DNA of 64,000 bases from an uncultured Hormoscilla sp. (GTDB lineage Bacteria > Cyanobacteriota > Cyanobacteriia > Cyanobacteriales > Desertifilaceae). The stretch covers positions 4,928,001 to 4,992,000 of the forward strand of contig OZ001293.3 of NCBI GenBank assembly GCA_963921275.4, given 5' to 3'. Positions 10,126-20,565 of the stretch are shown here, piece by piece (positions within the stretch are counted from its first letter, which is position 1; every line of letters begins with the position of its first letter). The notes below the pieces were generated by a model. That model saw only the letters and a list, made by a program, of their open reading frames with translations, did no database searches and had not been told where the DNA came from. The position numbers and the translations under genes are program-made.

Positions 10126-11601
10126 ATGCTGAGTAGAACCAAACAACCCAACTGGAAAGCGATGGTCAAAGAGTTTGAACGTGCCATTGGCAAGCAGGGG
10201 GTCGTGCAGCGCAAAGAAGAGTTGCTGACCTACGAATGTGACGGGTTAACTAGCTATCGCCAACGCCCGAAAGTGGTACTATTGCCCCGCAGTACGGCAG
10301 AAGTGGCAGCGGTTGTCAAAATATGCGATCGCTACCAACTCCCCTGGGTGGCACGGGGGGCAGGCACTGGTTTATCCGGGGGTGCTTTGCCCGTGGAAGA
10401 TTCGGTATTAATTTGCACGGCAATGATGCGGCAAATTCTGAACATCGACTTAGAAAACCAACAAGTAGTCGTCCAACCCGCTGTCATCAATAACTGGGTA
10501 ACTCAAGCAGTCAGCGGTGCGGGTTTTTACTACGCCCCGGACCCTTCCAGTCAAATTATCTGCTCCATTGGTGGGAATGTAGCGGAAAACTCTGGGGGCG
10601 TCCATTGCTTCAAATATGGAGTTACCACCAATCACGTGCTGGGATTAAAATTAGTCCTGCCCGATGGTTCCATAGTCGATGTGGGCGGCGAAGTTCCCGA
10701 ACAACCCGGTTACGACTTAACCGGGCTATTTGTGGGTTCTGAAGGCACCTTGGGCATTGCGACAGAAATTCGCCTGCGGATTATCAAGCAAGCAGAAGCG
10801 ATTCGCGTTCTGTTAGCAGATTTTACCAGTATAGAAGCAGCGGGGGCAGCGGTGTCCGATATTGTCAGTGCGGGAATTATCCCCGCAGGAATGGAGATGA
10901 TGGATAACTTCAGTATCAATGCCGTAGAAGATGTGGTTGCTACTAACTGCTATCCCCGAGACGCCGTTGCCATTCTCCTGGTAGAAATAGATGGTTTAGA
11001 AGTAGAAGTGGCCCAAGCAACCGATCGCATCAGTGCCATTTGCCGTCAGAACAGGGCCCGGGAGATTACAGTAGCCACGGACCCCGAAAAACGCGCTTTA
11101 CTCTGGAAAGGACGGAAAGCTGCTTTTGCGGCCATGGGTCGTATTAGTCCGGATTATTACGTCCAAGATGGGGTGATTCCTCGCACCCAGTTGCCCGACG
11201 TGCTGCGGGAAATCGATCATCTGAGCAAGGAACATGGCTATGATATTGCTAATGTTTTCCATGCTGGGGATGGCAATCTGCATCCGATCGTTCTTTACAA
11301 TAACTCGGTTCCGGGTGCCTTAGAAGCAGTGGAAGAATTAGGGGGTAAAATCCTCAAGCTTTGTGTAGCAGTAGGGGGCAGCATTTCGGGAGAACATGGT
11401 ATTGGTGCTGATAAACGCTGTTATATGCCCGAACTGTTTACAGAGGCCGATTTAGAAACCATGCAATGGGTCCGTCAGGTGTTTAATCCCAAAGATTTGG
11501 CAAATCCTGGTAAAATATTCCCGACCCCCCGTACCTGTGGGGAAGCTGCCAAGGCGAAGCAGGAGATGACCAAACAGTTTGAGGGGGTGGAAGTATTTTG
11601 A
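10126..11601 (+). CDS. glcD: Glycolate oxidase/dehydrogenase FAD subunit GlcD
   Basis: ARGAGTGLSGGA, PDPSSQ, HAGDGNLHP and ISGEHGIG motifs; glcE and glcF lie downstream. Confidence 0.92.
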   Translation: MLSRTKQPNWKAMVKEFERAIGKQGVVQRKEELLTYECDGLTSYRQRPKVVLLPRSTAEVAAVVKICDRYQLPWVARGAGTGLSGGALPVEDSVLICTAMMRQILNIDLENQQVVVQPAVINNWVTQAVSGAGFYYAPDPSSQIICSIGGNVAENSGGVHCFKYGVTTNHVLGLKLVLPDGSIVDVGGEVPEQPGYDLTGLFVGSEGTLGIATEIRLRIIKQAEAIRVLLADFTSIEAAGAAVSDIVSAGIIPAGMEMMDNFSINAVEDVVATNCYPRDAVAILLVEIDGLEVEVAQATDRISAICRQNRAREITVATDPEKRALLWKGRKAAFAAMGRISPDYYVQDGVIPRTQLPDVLREIDHLSKEHGYDIANVFHAGDGNLHPIVLYNNSVPGALEAVEELGGKILKLCVAVGGSISGEHGIGADKRCYMPELFTEADLETMQWVRQVFNPKDLANPGKIFPTPRTCGEAAKAKQEMTKQFEGVEVF

Positions 11602-11604
11602 GTC

Positions 11605-12095
11605 CTACCTTCTTGAGAAACCCAGTAATAGTAATTCCAAACCGTCATTCAGTTGGTCTTTGTTTGCTGGTGGGGCTGGTAGTGGTAGTGGGATAGTACC
11701 CGGTATGTCTTGCCAGGGTTCATCGATCCGCGGAATCGGCCGTCGAATCCAATCCCGAATCCGATCTACTACAGCGTCGAGGAGAGCGAGGAGATCGCGA
11801 CTGAAATCGGCGGAATCGGCCGTCGAATCCAATCCGGAATCCAATCTACTACAGCGTCGAGGAGAGCGAGGAGATCGTTTCCGTAAAGCCTGTCCTTGCC
11901 TGCTAAATCTCGGATTGTTTCTCCGCTGGCAGTACCCCGGAGAATGCCGTTTTTGGGAGTGCTCGCGGTGGGGGACAATGACAATACAGCGGCAAGATCA
12001 GTAGCCAAGACCTTGCTGACAGCAGCCGAAGCTTGACCCGTTATTGGATCTGTAGATGGATCGCGATCCAGTAAAACGCTTTCGCCGCATTCACC
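11605..12095 (-). pseudogene. Degenerate paralog of the 12880-14592 gene leader with a different payload and an 80-bp internal duplication
   Basis: 11997-12087 matches 14316-14404, and 12088-12120 matches 14585-14617. Direct repeats start at ~11730 and ~11810. Confidence 0.6.
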
Positions 12096-12465
12096 TCAAT
12101 CTGTTTTTTCTGGCCTTTAAAAGTTCCTGACATTACCACGCTAGCGCGGTGATATGTTGCAGATGTTACTGATAATTTTATTGAATTTTGAATAAATTTT
12201 TTATACCAATATTAATATTGTGTGATGATAAACACCTGTCGTTCCATGGACACGAGGTACAGTTTAGGGGAACGAGTGCTAGTTGTGCTTAACGCGGTCT
12301 CGTTGTACTTAACGCGCACGGCTCACTATGGTCTGCCCATAGGTCACTACTCAACGCGCCCAGGTCCAATCTTAACGCGCCAAGGTGCAAGCTTAACCCA
12401 ACCCAGGTGGAGCTACAACGGGCACGGGTCTGTGCTCAACGCGCAGGGGTGGAGATCTAACTCCA

Positions 12466-12685
12466 ACCCTTGACTACCCAACGCCGACCCTTGACTACCC
12501 AACGCCGACCCTTGACTACCCAACGCCGACTCTTGACTACCCAACGCCGACTCTTGACTACCCAACGCCGACCCTTGACTACCCAACGCCGACCCTTGAC
12601 TACCCAACGCCGACCCTTGACTACCCAACGCCGACCCTTGACTACCCAACGCCGACCCTTGACTACCCAACGCCAACCCTTGACT
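12466..12685. repeat. 21-bp tandem repeat (ACCCTTGACTACCCAACGCCG) x~10.5, preceded by degenerate 21-periodic units from ~12285
   Basis: Directly visible in the sequence. Confidence 0.95.
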
Positions 12686-12899
12686 GAGACACCGGACTGC
12701 ATCGTCTATCCAAACAGTCCAGAGGAACTGGACGCAGTCTTACAACTGGCATCGGAGCAAAACTGGCGGGTGCTGACCTGTGGGAATGGAAGTAAGATCG
12801 ACTGGGGAGGTTTGGTGCATCCTGTAGATACGATCGCCAGCACTGCACAAACCAGTCGATCGAACACGCCGTTGATGACTTAACCTTGACAGTAGCAGC
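12686..12899 (+). pseudogene. glcE: Partial duplicate of the glcE 5' region
   Basis: Near-identical to 15099-15316, with a small deletion. Confidence 0.85.
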
Positions 12900-14592
12900 T
12901 AGGCAAACGACCTTCAGATCGTCCATGCTGATCGTAATGGTCCCGTCCACTGGCAAAAGCACCAGCAGCTACTACAGCGGCAACATCGGGATACTGAGCT
13001 AGATAAAAGGCTTCGTCAAAATCTTCATTTGTCTCACTCCCGGACCTGGATCCTAGCCTACCTTCAGATCGTCCATGCCGATCGTAATGGTCTCGTCCAC
13101 TGGCAAAAGCACCAGCAGCTACTACAGCGGCAACATCGGGATACTGAGCTAGATAAAAGGCTTCGTCAAAATCTTCACTTGTCTCACTCCCGGACCTGGA
13201 TCCTAGCCTACCTTCAGATCGTCCATGCCGATCGTAATGGTCTCGTCCACTGGCAAAAGCACCAGCAGCTACTACAGCGGCAACATCGGGATACTGAGCT
13301 AGATAAAAGGCTTCGTCAAAAAAGCGAGGTACGTCTTGCCAGTCCTCATTAGGTACCGATACATCATCATTCGGCGGAAAGAGATCTAATGGACCTTTTC
13401 CAGCTTCTCTCGGATCGTGCTCATATACTCGCTCACCATTGATGTAAAGCTCGTATGCTGGAAATCCATCATGTGAACCTGATATTCTATACTGAGCTTC
13501 TTCTCCCTCTTCTTGACGAATTTCAACCGTAATGTCGGCATCAATATTTGGAGTTAGCAATTCTGGCACTAATGGAATACCTCCACTCAATTTAAGTTGA
13601 GTTCTGACTATGTTATTACTAAGACGACTTACTTCAACAGAGTTATTGTCATCCGTAGGCGTTAAAGTACCCTCTTCATCTACAAGCTGCCCAAGTTGAA
13701 TCCGATCCGGGAGAAGCGGGAGAAAGTCGGGGATGTCGATGTCAATAATCCCTCCAGTCAATGGACCATCAGCCATAAACGTACCCCACTCGACTACAGG
13801 ATCGTTGACTTTTTCATCTCGATCTGCTGGATCTGCAGTTACAACTACTTTTTGTTTGCTTCTATGTGTTCCGTCGTTGTAATGAAAATCGCGATCGTCA
13901 CCAAGAAGAAATGTCGTCTCAGCACGATTTACAATATCCTCGACAATATACCCGACAACAGGACCTACAACAGGAATTGTTCCAACCAGTCCAACAGGCA
14001 CATTAATTAAATCCGAGTTCACCAAGAATTCCCAGCTATCTTCAAGTATATATCCATCAAATAAGTCCTCCAGCCCAACTTGTCGATCGGGGATAAAAGT
14101 CCTAAGTTTAATTTCAACTTCATCATAATCATAAGCCGTCCCACTTTTTGATTCGGATTCAAATCTAGGCAAACGACTTTCAGATCGTCCATGCCGATCG
14201 TAATGGTCTTGTCCACTGGCAAAAGCACCAGCAGCTACTGCAGCGGCAACATCGGGATACTGAGCTAGATAAAAGGCTTCGTCAAAATCAGGTAAGGCTT
14301 CATTAAAAGCAGGTTCAGTAGCCAAGACCTTGCTGACAGCAGCCGAAGCTTGACCCGTTATTGGATCTGTAGATGGATCGCGATCCAGTAAAACGCTTTC
14401 GCCAGTATAGGGCATCAGCATGTCGTTAATGTCAATTATGTCTTGACTGACCCCAACTCCTGAGATACTCCTGTTTTGGGGAGTAATGATGTCCGCCGGT
14501 GGCCTTATATAACCTGCATCAAGAGGATGGACAAAGGAAGTCAACAAGTCATTCTGGTTCGTATCTGGTCCAAGATTAATCACAGCATTCAC
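12880..14592 (-). CDS. Protein with four FDEAFYLAQYPDVAA...HY..HG repeats and a central DUF3238-like domain; 3' end fused to the glcE fragment
   Basis: Repeats visible directly; TFIP, GDDRDF and HDGFPAYELYING motifs. Start uncertain: GTG at 14592 chosen, ORF open to 14862. Confidence 0.65.
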   Translation of the reverse strand: MNAVINLGPDTNQNDLLTSFVHPLDAGYIRPPADIITPQNRSISGVGVSQDIIDINDMLMPYTGESVLLDRDPSTDPITGQASAAVSKVLATEPAFNEALPDFDEAFYLAQYPDVAAAVAAGAFASGQDHYDRHGRSESRLPRFESESKSGTAYDYDEVEIKLRTFIPDRQVGLEDLFDGYILEDSWEFLVNSDLINVPVGLVGTIPVVGPVVGYIVEDIVNRAETTFLLGDDRDFHYNDGTHRSKQKVVVTADPADRDEKVNDPVVEWGTFMADGPLTGGIIDIDIPDFLPLLPDRIQLGQLVDEEGTLTPTDDNNSVEVSRLSNNIVRTQLKLSGGIPLVPELLTPNIDADITVEIRQEEGEEAQYRISGSHDGFPAYELYINGERVYEHDPREAGKGPLDLFPPNDDVSVPNEDWQDVPRFFDEAFYLAQYPDVAAVVAAGAFASGRDHYDRHGRSEGRLGSRSGSETSEDFDEAFYLAQYPDVAAVVAAGAFASGRDHYDRHGRSEGRLGSRSGSETNEDFDEAFYLAQYPDVAAVVAAGAFASGRDHYDQHGRSEGRLPSCYCQG

Positions 14593-14960
14593 CTCAATCT
14601 GTTTTTTCTGGCCTTTAAGAGTTACTGTAATTACTAGAATAGCGCGGTAATTTTGCAGATGAAATTGATAATTATACTGAATTTTGAATGATTTTATATA
14701 CCAATATTTATTAATACTGTGTGATGATAAGAGTCGATTATTATTCAAATTATCTTCCCCCCGAAGCAATCTCCTGCTGCTGAACAGGGGAGATTGCTTC
14801 AGGGGGGAGGTTAACTCGGTTCCGCATGAGTTAATCGCTCGTTCCCCTCCTCGCAATAACAAAGAGGAGGTTTCGGCTTAAGTCAGTGCCATTCAATGTA
14901 GGTTGTGAATGGAGAATGAGAGTTGACTCTTGACAATGATGAAAGGAAAATGGATAATAA

Positions 14961-16286
14961 ATGATAGTAAATGATATTCAAAAAATGAACCAGATCGCCC
15001 CTCAATTAGAAAGCATAGTCAGTCCATCATCTGTGGTCAGCTTCTCGCGCCTGGAAGTAAGGCAACGAGAAAGGTTCCAACGGGCATTAGCGCCAGGGGA
15101 GACGCCGGAGGTCATCGTCTATCCAAACAGTCCAGAGGAACTGGGCGCAGTCTTACAACTGGCATCGGAGCAAAACTGGCGGGTACTGACCTGTGGGAAT
15201 GGGAGTAAGATCGACTGGGGAGGTTTGGTGCATCCTGTAGATACGATCGTCAGCACTGCACGGCTGAACCAGTTGATCGAACACGCCGTTGATGACTTAA
15301 CCCTGACAGTAGCAGCGGGGGTGAAATTTGTCCAGATAGAAGAGATGTTAGCAGGTCACAATCAATTTCTGGCCCTGGACCCCGCCTATCCCGAAGATGC
15401 TACCATTGGCGGGATCGTTGCTACTGCTGATACTGGTAGCTGGCGACAGCGTTATGGTGGCGTCCGCGACAGGTTAATCGGCATTTCTTTCGTTCGCAGT
15501 GATGGTAAAATCGTCAAAGCTGGCGGTCGGGTGGTGAAAAATGTGGCGGGTTACGATTTGATGAAGCTGTTGACTGGTAGCTATGGAACCTTGGGGGTCA
15601 TCAGTCAAGTTATCCTGCGCCTTTATCCTCTACCCGAGGCGTCGGGAACGGTGGTGTTAGCAGGAAAAGCAGAGGCGATCGACCGAGCAACCCGCACTCT
15701 GTTAAACTCGGCCTTAACCCCGACAGCAGCAGACCTGACTTGTGACAGTGAGGGGATAAAATTAATTGCCCGTTTCCAAAGTATAGCAGAAAGCGTTAAA
15801 CAACAGTCAGATAGACTACTGGAAGTCGGACAAGCGCTGGGTTTAGAGGGGATTTTGTATTCGGAGACAGATGAGGTTAATCTATGGAAAGGATTACGAG
15901 AACCAATCTGGAAATCTGGCGCAACAGCCCCAATTATCTGTAAAATAGGAGTAAGACCGACGGCAGCTGTGGGTACCATGACTTTCTGCCAGAAAATGTC
16001 TGCAACCTCGATTTTTCGCGCAGCGTTCGCAAGTGTAATTCATGCCCGCACCGGGTTAGGACTGTTGCGATCGGATGCCATGCGGTCTACCCAGCTGCTG
16101 AAAATGCGATCGCACATAGGGAGTAAAGGCGGTTTCCTCACAGTTTTATCAGCACCGGTAGAGTTAAAGCAAAAGATAGATGTTTGGGGTTACAAGGGGA
16201 ATGCAATAGAGATTATGCGGGGCATCAAACAGCAGTTCGATCCCCAAAATATCTTGAGTCCCCACCGTTTTGTCGGTGGGATGTAA
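14961..16286 (+). CDS. glcE: Glycolate oxidase FAD-binding subunit GlcE
   Basis: GGRVVKNVAGYDLMKL and FDPQNILSP motifs; operon context. Start may be 14985. Confidence 0.9.
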   Translation: MIVNDIQKMNQIAPQLESIVSPSSVVSFSRLEVRQRERFQRALAPGETPEVIVYPNSPEELGAVLQLASEQNWRVLTCGNGSKIDWGGLVHPVDTIVSTARLNQLIEHAVDDLTLTVAAGVKFVQIEEMLAGHNQFLALDPAYPEDATIGGIVATADTGSWRQRYGGVRDRLIGISFVRSDGKIVKAGGRVVKNVAGYDLMKLLTGSYGTLGVISQVILRLYPLPEASGTVVLAGKAEAIDRATRTLLNSALTPTAADLTCDSEGIKLIARFQSIAESVKQQSDRLLEVGQALGLEGILYSETDEVNLWKGLREPIWKSGATAPIICKIGVRPTAAVGTMTFCQKMSATSIFRAAFASVIHARTGLGLLRSDAMRSTQLLKMRSHIGSKGGFLTVLSAPVELKQKIDVWGYKGNAIEIMRGIKQQFDPQNILSPHRFVGGM

Positions 16287-16393
16287 TCAAAGTAAAAATG
16301 AAGCCACCAGGTTTTGACAAAAAACCTGGTTTCTGGGCTAGAATAGGGCAGGCAATAGATATTAGCTGATCGTACATCTATATTACCAAAAAA

Positions 16394-17773
16394 ATGCAAA
16401 CTTTAGAAAAGTTAACAAATGATTTCAGGCCAGCTAAAGAAAGTAAATTCCTGCGGCAAAACCCCCATATTAACCCAGGTTTTGACGAGCAAAACCCTCC
16501 GAAACAAGAGTTAATAGATGCTTGCGTTCACTGCGGGTTTTGTTTATCTAATTGTCCCAGCTATCGGGTAATTGGTAAAGAGATGGACTCTCCCAGGGGG
16601 CGAATTTATCTCATGGATGGAATCAATAAAGGTGAGGCCCCCTTGGCGGAGGTCACATCTCAACATTTTGATTCTTGCTTGGGTTGTCTTGCCTGTGTTA
16701 GTACCTGTCCTTCTGGCGTTCAGTACGATAAACTGATTTCGGCCACTCGTCATCAAGTCGAACGCAATATCCCCCGGACTTGGCCCGATCGCCTGGTGAG
16801 AACTCTGATCTTTAACCTGTTTCCCTACCCTAACCGCTTGCGGACCTTATTAGCGCCCCTCTATCTCTATCAGAAATTGGGGTTGCAAAAAATGGTGCGC
16901 TCGACAGGTTTATTGAACAAAATCTTCCCGCGCCTAGGGGCGATGGAGGCAATTTTACCACAGATTAACTTGAGTGCTTTCTGGAATACATTACCAGATG
17001 TAATTCCGGCCCAAGGGGAAAAACGCTACCGGGTGGGAGTAATTTTAGGTTGCGTGCAACGGTTATTCTTTTCTCCCGTGAATGAAGCTACGGTGCGGGT
17101 TTTAACAGCGAATGGTTGTGAAGTTGTCATTCCCAAAACCCAAGGTTGCTGTGCGGCGCTACCGGAACATCAGGGACAAACAGACCAGGCCCAAGCATTG
17201 GCCAGACAGATGATAGATAGCTTTACCGGGACGGGGGTAGATTATATAATCATTAATGCCGCAGGTTGCGGTCATACCCTGAAAGAATACGGACATATGC
17301 TGGCAGATGACCCCAATTATAGGGAAAAAGTGAAAGCATTTGTCAGTAAAGTCAGGGACGTGCAAGAGTTTTTGGCAGAGGTAGGATTGACGGCGCAACT
17401 TTCACCATTGCAGGATGGAGAGTTAACAATAGTATATCAAGATGCTTGTCATTTATTGCACGGACAAAAAATTAGCGTGCAACCGCGTCAGCTATTGCAG
17501 CAAATTCCGGGAGTCAAGCTGCGGGAACCCCTAGATGCAGCCTTGTGCTGTGGCAGTGCGGGGGTTTATAATATGCTGCAACCAGAAGTGGCCGATGAAT
17601 TGGGACAGCAAAAGGTGAAAAATTTGTTAAATACGGGTGCGGAGTTAATAGCTTCTGCTAACCCCGGTTGTTCCTTGCAAATTAAGAAGCATTTGCAAGG
17701 AAAGGAAATGACGCTGATGCATCCGATGGAATTGTTGGATTATTCCATTCGCGGGATGAAGTTGCCAATTTGA
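16394..17773 (+). CDS. glcF: Glycolate oxidase Fe-S subunit GlcF
   Basis: CVHCGFCLSNCP, CLGCLACVSTCP, and CCG domains. Confidence 0.92.
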   Translation: MQTLEKLTNDFRPAKESKFLRQNPHINPGFDEQNPPKQELIDACVHCGFCLSNCPSYRVIGKEMDSPRGRIYLMDGINKGEAPLAEVTSQHFDSCLGCLACVSTCPSGVQYDKLISATRHQVERNIPRTWPDRLVRTLIFNLFPYPNRLRTLLAPLYLYQKLGLQKMVRSTGLLNKIFPRLGAMEAILPQINLSAFWNTLPDVIPAQGEKRYRVGVILGCVQRLFFSPVNEATVRVLTANGCEVVIPKTQGCCAALPEHQGQTDQAQALARQMIDSFTGTGVDYIIINAAGCGHTLKEYGHMLADDPNYREKVKAFVSKVRDVQEFLAEVGLTAQLSPLQDGELTIVYQDACHLLHGQKISVQPRQLLQQIPGVKLREPLDAALCCGSAGVYNMLQPEVADELGQQKVKNLLNTGAELIASANPGCSLQIKKHLQGKEMTLMHPMELLDYSIRGMKLPI

Positions 17774-17777
17774 ATTA

Positions 17778-17810
17778 AGAAACCCGGTTTTTACAGAAAA
17801 CCGGGTTTCT
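17778..17810. repeat. AGAAACCCGG-loop-CCGGGTTTCT palindrome (REP-like, possible terminator after glcF)
   Basis: Family members also at ~16303-16334, ~25580-25607 and ~27723-27768. Confidence 0.75.
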
Positions 17811-18111
17811 GGGCTCCGAAGCGAATATGGCAGTAGCTTTCATTGAGATGCACCCGATGGCGCCGCCCTCACCCGTTCCCAGGCTCCGCCGTGGGAACGA
17901 GGGGTGGGACTACATGAACAAAGCAATGTCCGGAGCGAGCGTAGCATGGCAACCTTCCTGCGATGTCTCCTGTGTGCCGATAGCGCTACGCTGGGGGCGC
18001 AGCCATGTCCCCTGGGACAAGAGCTCTGGCAGAGATATCGAAGCGGGCTTAATTTCAAAATTGAGATGAGCCCAACAATATCTACTATATCGAGTTCTTT
18101 AAGTATAAAGG

Positions 18112-18909
18112 GTGATGACTGAATCTAGCAGAGATGAAGAGTATGTCAGACTCATAACCAGCCCACTTTTGAGCTGTATGAGATACAGACCTAAGTTTGG
18201 TCGCGGTGCAGGATTAACGCTAGAAGAATTTCAAAGATTGTATCAGGCTGACCCTTTTTACTCGTGGTTTGGCTTAGACTCGCCTCTAATGTACTCTGCT
18301 CACAAAGCTGCTGGTGGTATAACATCAGTTTATAGACAAATTAGTCTTGGTTGTCAGCGGCTTGTTCAACGCATTTTCATGGATATCCTTAGTCTAACAG
18401 AAGCAGAATCAACCTGGTATTACCAGATTCAAGCAACAAGTGGGAGGACCAGAACTCTGTCCCTTGACGCCAGAATACCGATAGCCGCTGTGCCAGCTTC
18501 ACACCAACAAAGATTCGTTAGCTGGCTGCAAGATGCTTGCCAAGCAACACAGGTATCAGAGGATGTGAGCAGAATTATTAAAGGAGCTGTTTTTGAGGTC
18601 AGGCAAGGCTATAAAAGTAAAGACTCTAAGCGTCAGAACGCTGATATTGCCAATGCAGCCGCCGCCTACTCAGAAGCATATTTACCAGTTATACTTTTGC
18701 TTTCGATACAGATGGATATTAACGTTGCTTACCGTTACAGAAATGCACGCTGGTTAATTCTTTATGGTACAATCACAGGAGCGACAACAGATTCCACCTA
18801 TGAATTTTTTCGTCAGGTACTGAACTACGACTTGGCAGATTTCTTTCAACACCACTCCTCTAGGTTTAGGCAGGAAATGGAATCAGTCCTGCAAACTCTG
18901 CTACAGTAA
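18112..18909 (+). CDS. Putative type II restriction endonuclease
   Basis: PD-(D/E)XK-like LDARI...FEVRQGYK; lies 10 bp upstream of a methyltransferase. Confidence 0.6.
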   Translation: MMTESSRDEEYVRLITSPLLSCMRYRPKFGRGAGLTLEEFQRLYQADPFYSWFGLDSPLMYSAHKAAGGITSVYRQISLGCQRLVQRIFMDILSLTEAESTWYYQIQATSGRTRTLSLDARIPIAAVPASHQQRFVSWLQDACQATQVSEDVSRIIKGAVFEVRQGYKSKDSKRQNADIANAAAAYSEAYLPVILLLSIQMDINVAYRYRNARWLILYGTITGATTDSTYEFFRQVLNYDLADFFQHHSSRFRQEMESVLQTLLQ

Positions 18910-18919
18910 CCACAGTAAC

Positions 18920-20134
18920 ATGATTTCTCAAAGATCCGATCTAACATTCAAACATAATCTCAAGCAAGGAAGGCATGGTTGGCTGCGCCTGACTCCTGCC
19001 TATTCAATCAAGATAGTTCAGAATGTGCTAGCTTCTACAGGCAAACCCGAATTTGTCCTCGATACCTTTTCTGGAACTGGGACTACAGGATTAGTATGTG
19101 CTGAACTGGGAATCAAAAGTGACCTAGTAGAAATAAATCCATTTTTAGTTTGGTTAGCAGCAGCAAAGACTGCCCATTATCATGCTGACGAACTAGATGC
19201 AGCTAATGCATTAGCTCGTGATGTTGCCTCCAAAGTATGTCATAATATGACTGTTGAAGATCTGTGGATTCCGCCTCTCAATTATATCGATCACTGGTGG
19301 CTTCCAGGAAGATTGATCGTCTTGGCAAATCTCTTCGATCAGCTGAAAAACATCCGCACCCGAGGTGAAACTGCCGCCGTGAAACTATGTCTCATAGCCT
19401 TCTGTAAAGTAGTTATTAACTGGTCGAATGCGGCTTTTAATCATCAATCGATGTCATTTAAGAAGCATCATCAGAGGTTTTTGCCAGAAGAGCGAGATAT
19501 GATAATTAATGATTTTATCACTCAAGTCCAGCAGATTACCGCATCAGCAAATCTACCTGTTTTGAGCAAAGTTACCATCCATCAAGGAGATTCTCGTTGC
19601 CTCGATCGCCTGTTATCTAGAACCTATGACTGCGTAATTACTTCACCTCCTTATCCTAACAGGATGAGTTATATCCGAGAAGTGCGACCCTATATGTATT
19701 GGTTGGGTTTTCTTAAGTCAGCGCGGGAAGCAGGAGAATTAGATTGGCAAGCAATTGGCGGCACTTGGGGGATAGCTACATCCCGCTTGCGATCGTGGCA
19801 ACCTGGAAATATGAAAATCCTTCATGAAGGATTTGAGAATACGATCGAACAAATTTCCGTTCAAAGTCCTATCCTTGGTAATTATGTCCACAAGTATTTT
19901 GGCGATATTGCCACTCACTTCGATCGCCTCAGTCGAGTTTTGGCAGCGGGGGCGAAAATATGCTATATTGTAGGAAATTATAAGTTTTACGATACCCTGG
20001 TGCCAGTGGAGCAGATTTACATGAGCTTGCTGAGGGAATATGGATTTAGTAATGTCAGCAGTGCTGTGCTGAGGAAGAGAAACTCGAAAAAAGAACTTTA
20101 TGAATTTGCCGTGTCCGCAGACTGGTTAGGATAA
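18920..20134 (+). CDS. Amino-DNA methyltransferase, likely N4-cytosine, alpha motif order
   Basis: Motif I DTFSGTGTT near the N-terminus, followed by motif IV TSPPY. Confidence 0.85.
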   Translation: MISQRSDLTFKHNLKQGRHGWLRLTPAYSIKIVQNVLASTGKPEFVLDTFSGTGTTGLVCAELGIKSDLVEINPFLVWLAAAKTAHYHADELDAANALARDVASKVCHNMTVEDLWIPPLNYIDHWWLPGRLIVLANLFDQLKNIRTRGETAAVKLCLIAFCKVVINWSNAAFNHQSMSFKKHHQRFLPEERDMIINDFITQVQQITASANLPVLSKVTIHQGDSRCLDRLLSRTYDCVITSPPYPNRMSYIREVRPYMYWLGFLKSAREAGELDWQAIGGTWGIATSRLRSWQPGNMKILHEGFENTIEQISVQSPILGNYVHKYFGDIATHFDRLSRVLAAGAKICYIVGNYKFYDTLVPVEQIYMSLLREYGFSNVSSAVLRKRNSKKELYEFAVSADWLG

Positions 20135-20154
20135 TTGGTAAACTGTCAATTTAG

Positions 20155-20565
20155 GTTAACTTTTAATCAGCTGACTGGGAGTGAGAATACGAGAAGTAAC
20201 CACCTGTGTGGGAAAATCTTGGGGGTTGCGGGTGATGATCGCCTCCAAATTATTCACTACAGCAGTAGAACACTGAATAGCATCCTCCAGTCAGTGACAT
20301 CAGCATTTAGCGCCATTTCTATTGCCGCGTGGTTGACGGTAGCAATTTGGGAGTACGTGACTAACCATGTCAAAAAATCCCTTGTCCATCCTCGACCTCT
20401 TCCTCTCCGGATAATATAATAGATATCGCTAAACGTCGAGGCGGAAATATATCCTTCAATTTCCCCCTGAACGACCAGCAATAAAACTTGTTGACTCGCC
20501 TCAAAATGTGGCAGACTTTCAAGGGCAACGTCTACGATGACATTGGTATCTAGCAGTATTCTCAC
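20155..20565 (-). pseudogene. PIN-domain (VapC-like) toxin, frameshifted
   Basis: MRILLDTNV start; the conserved EDAIQ...IITRNPQDF continues in a shifted frame near 20290. Confidence 0.8.

Noticed and set aside
12413..12883. ORFs made of ALGSQGS / RRWVVKG / TTQRRPL repeats
   Set aside because: They are stop-free readings of the 21-bp tandem repeat, with no evidence of real genes.
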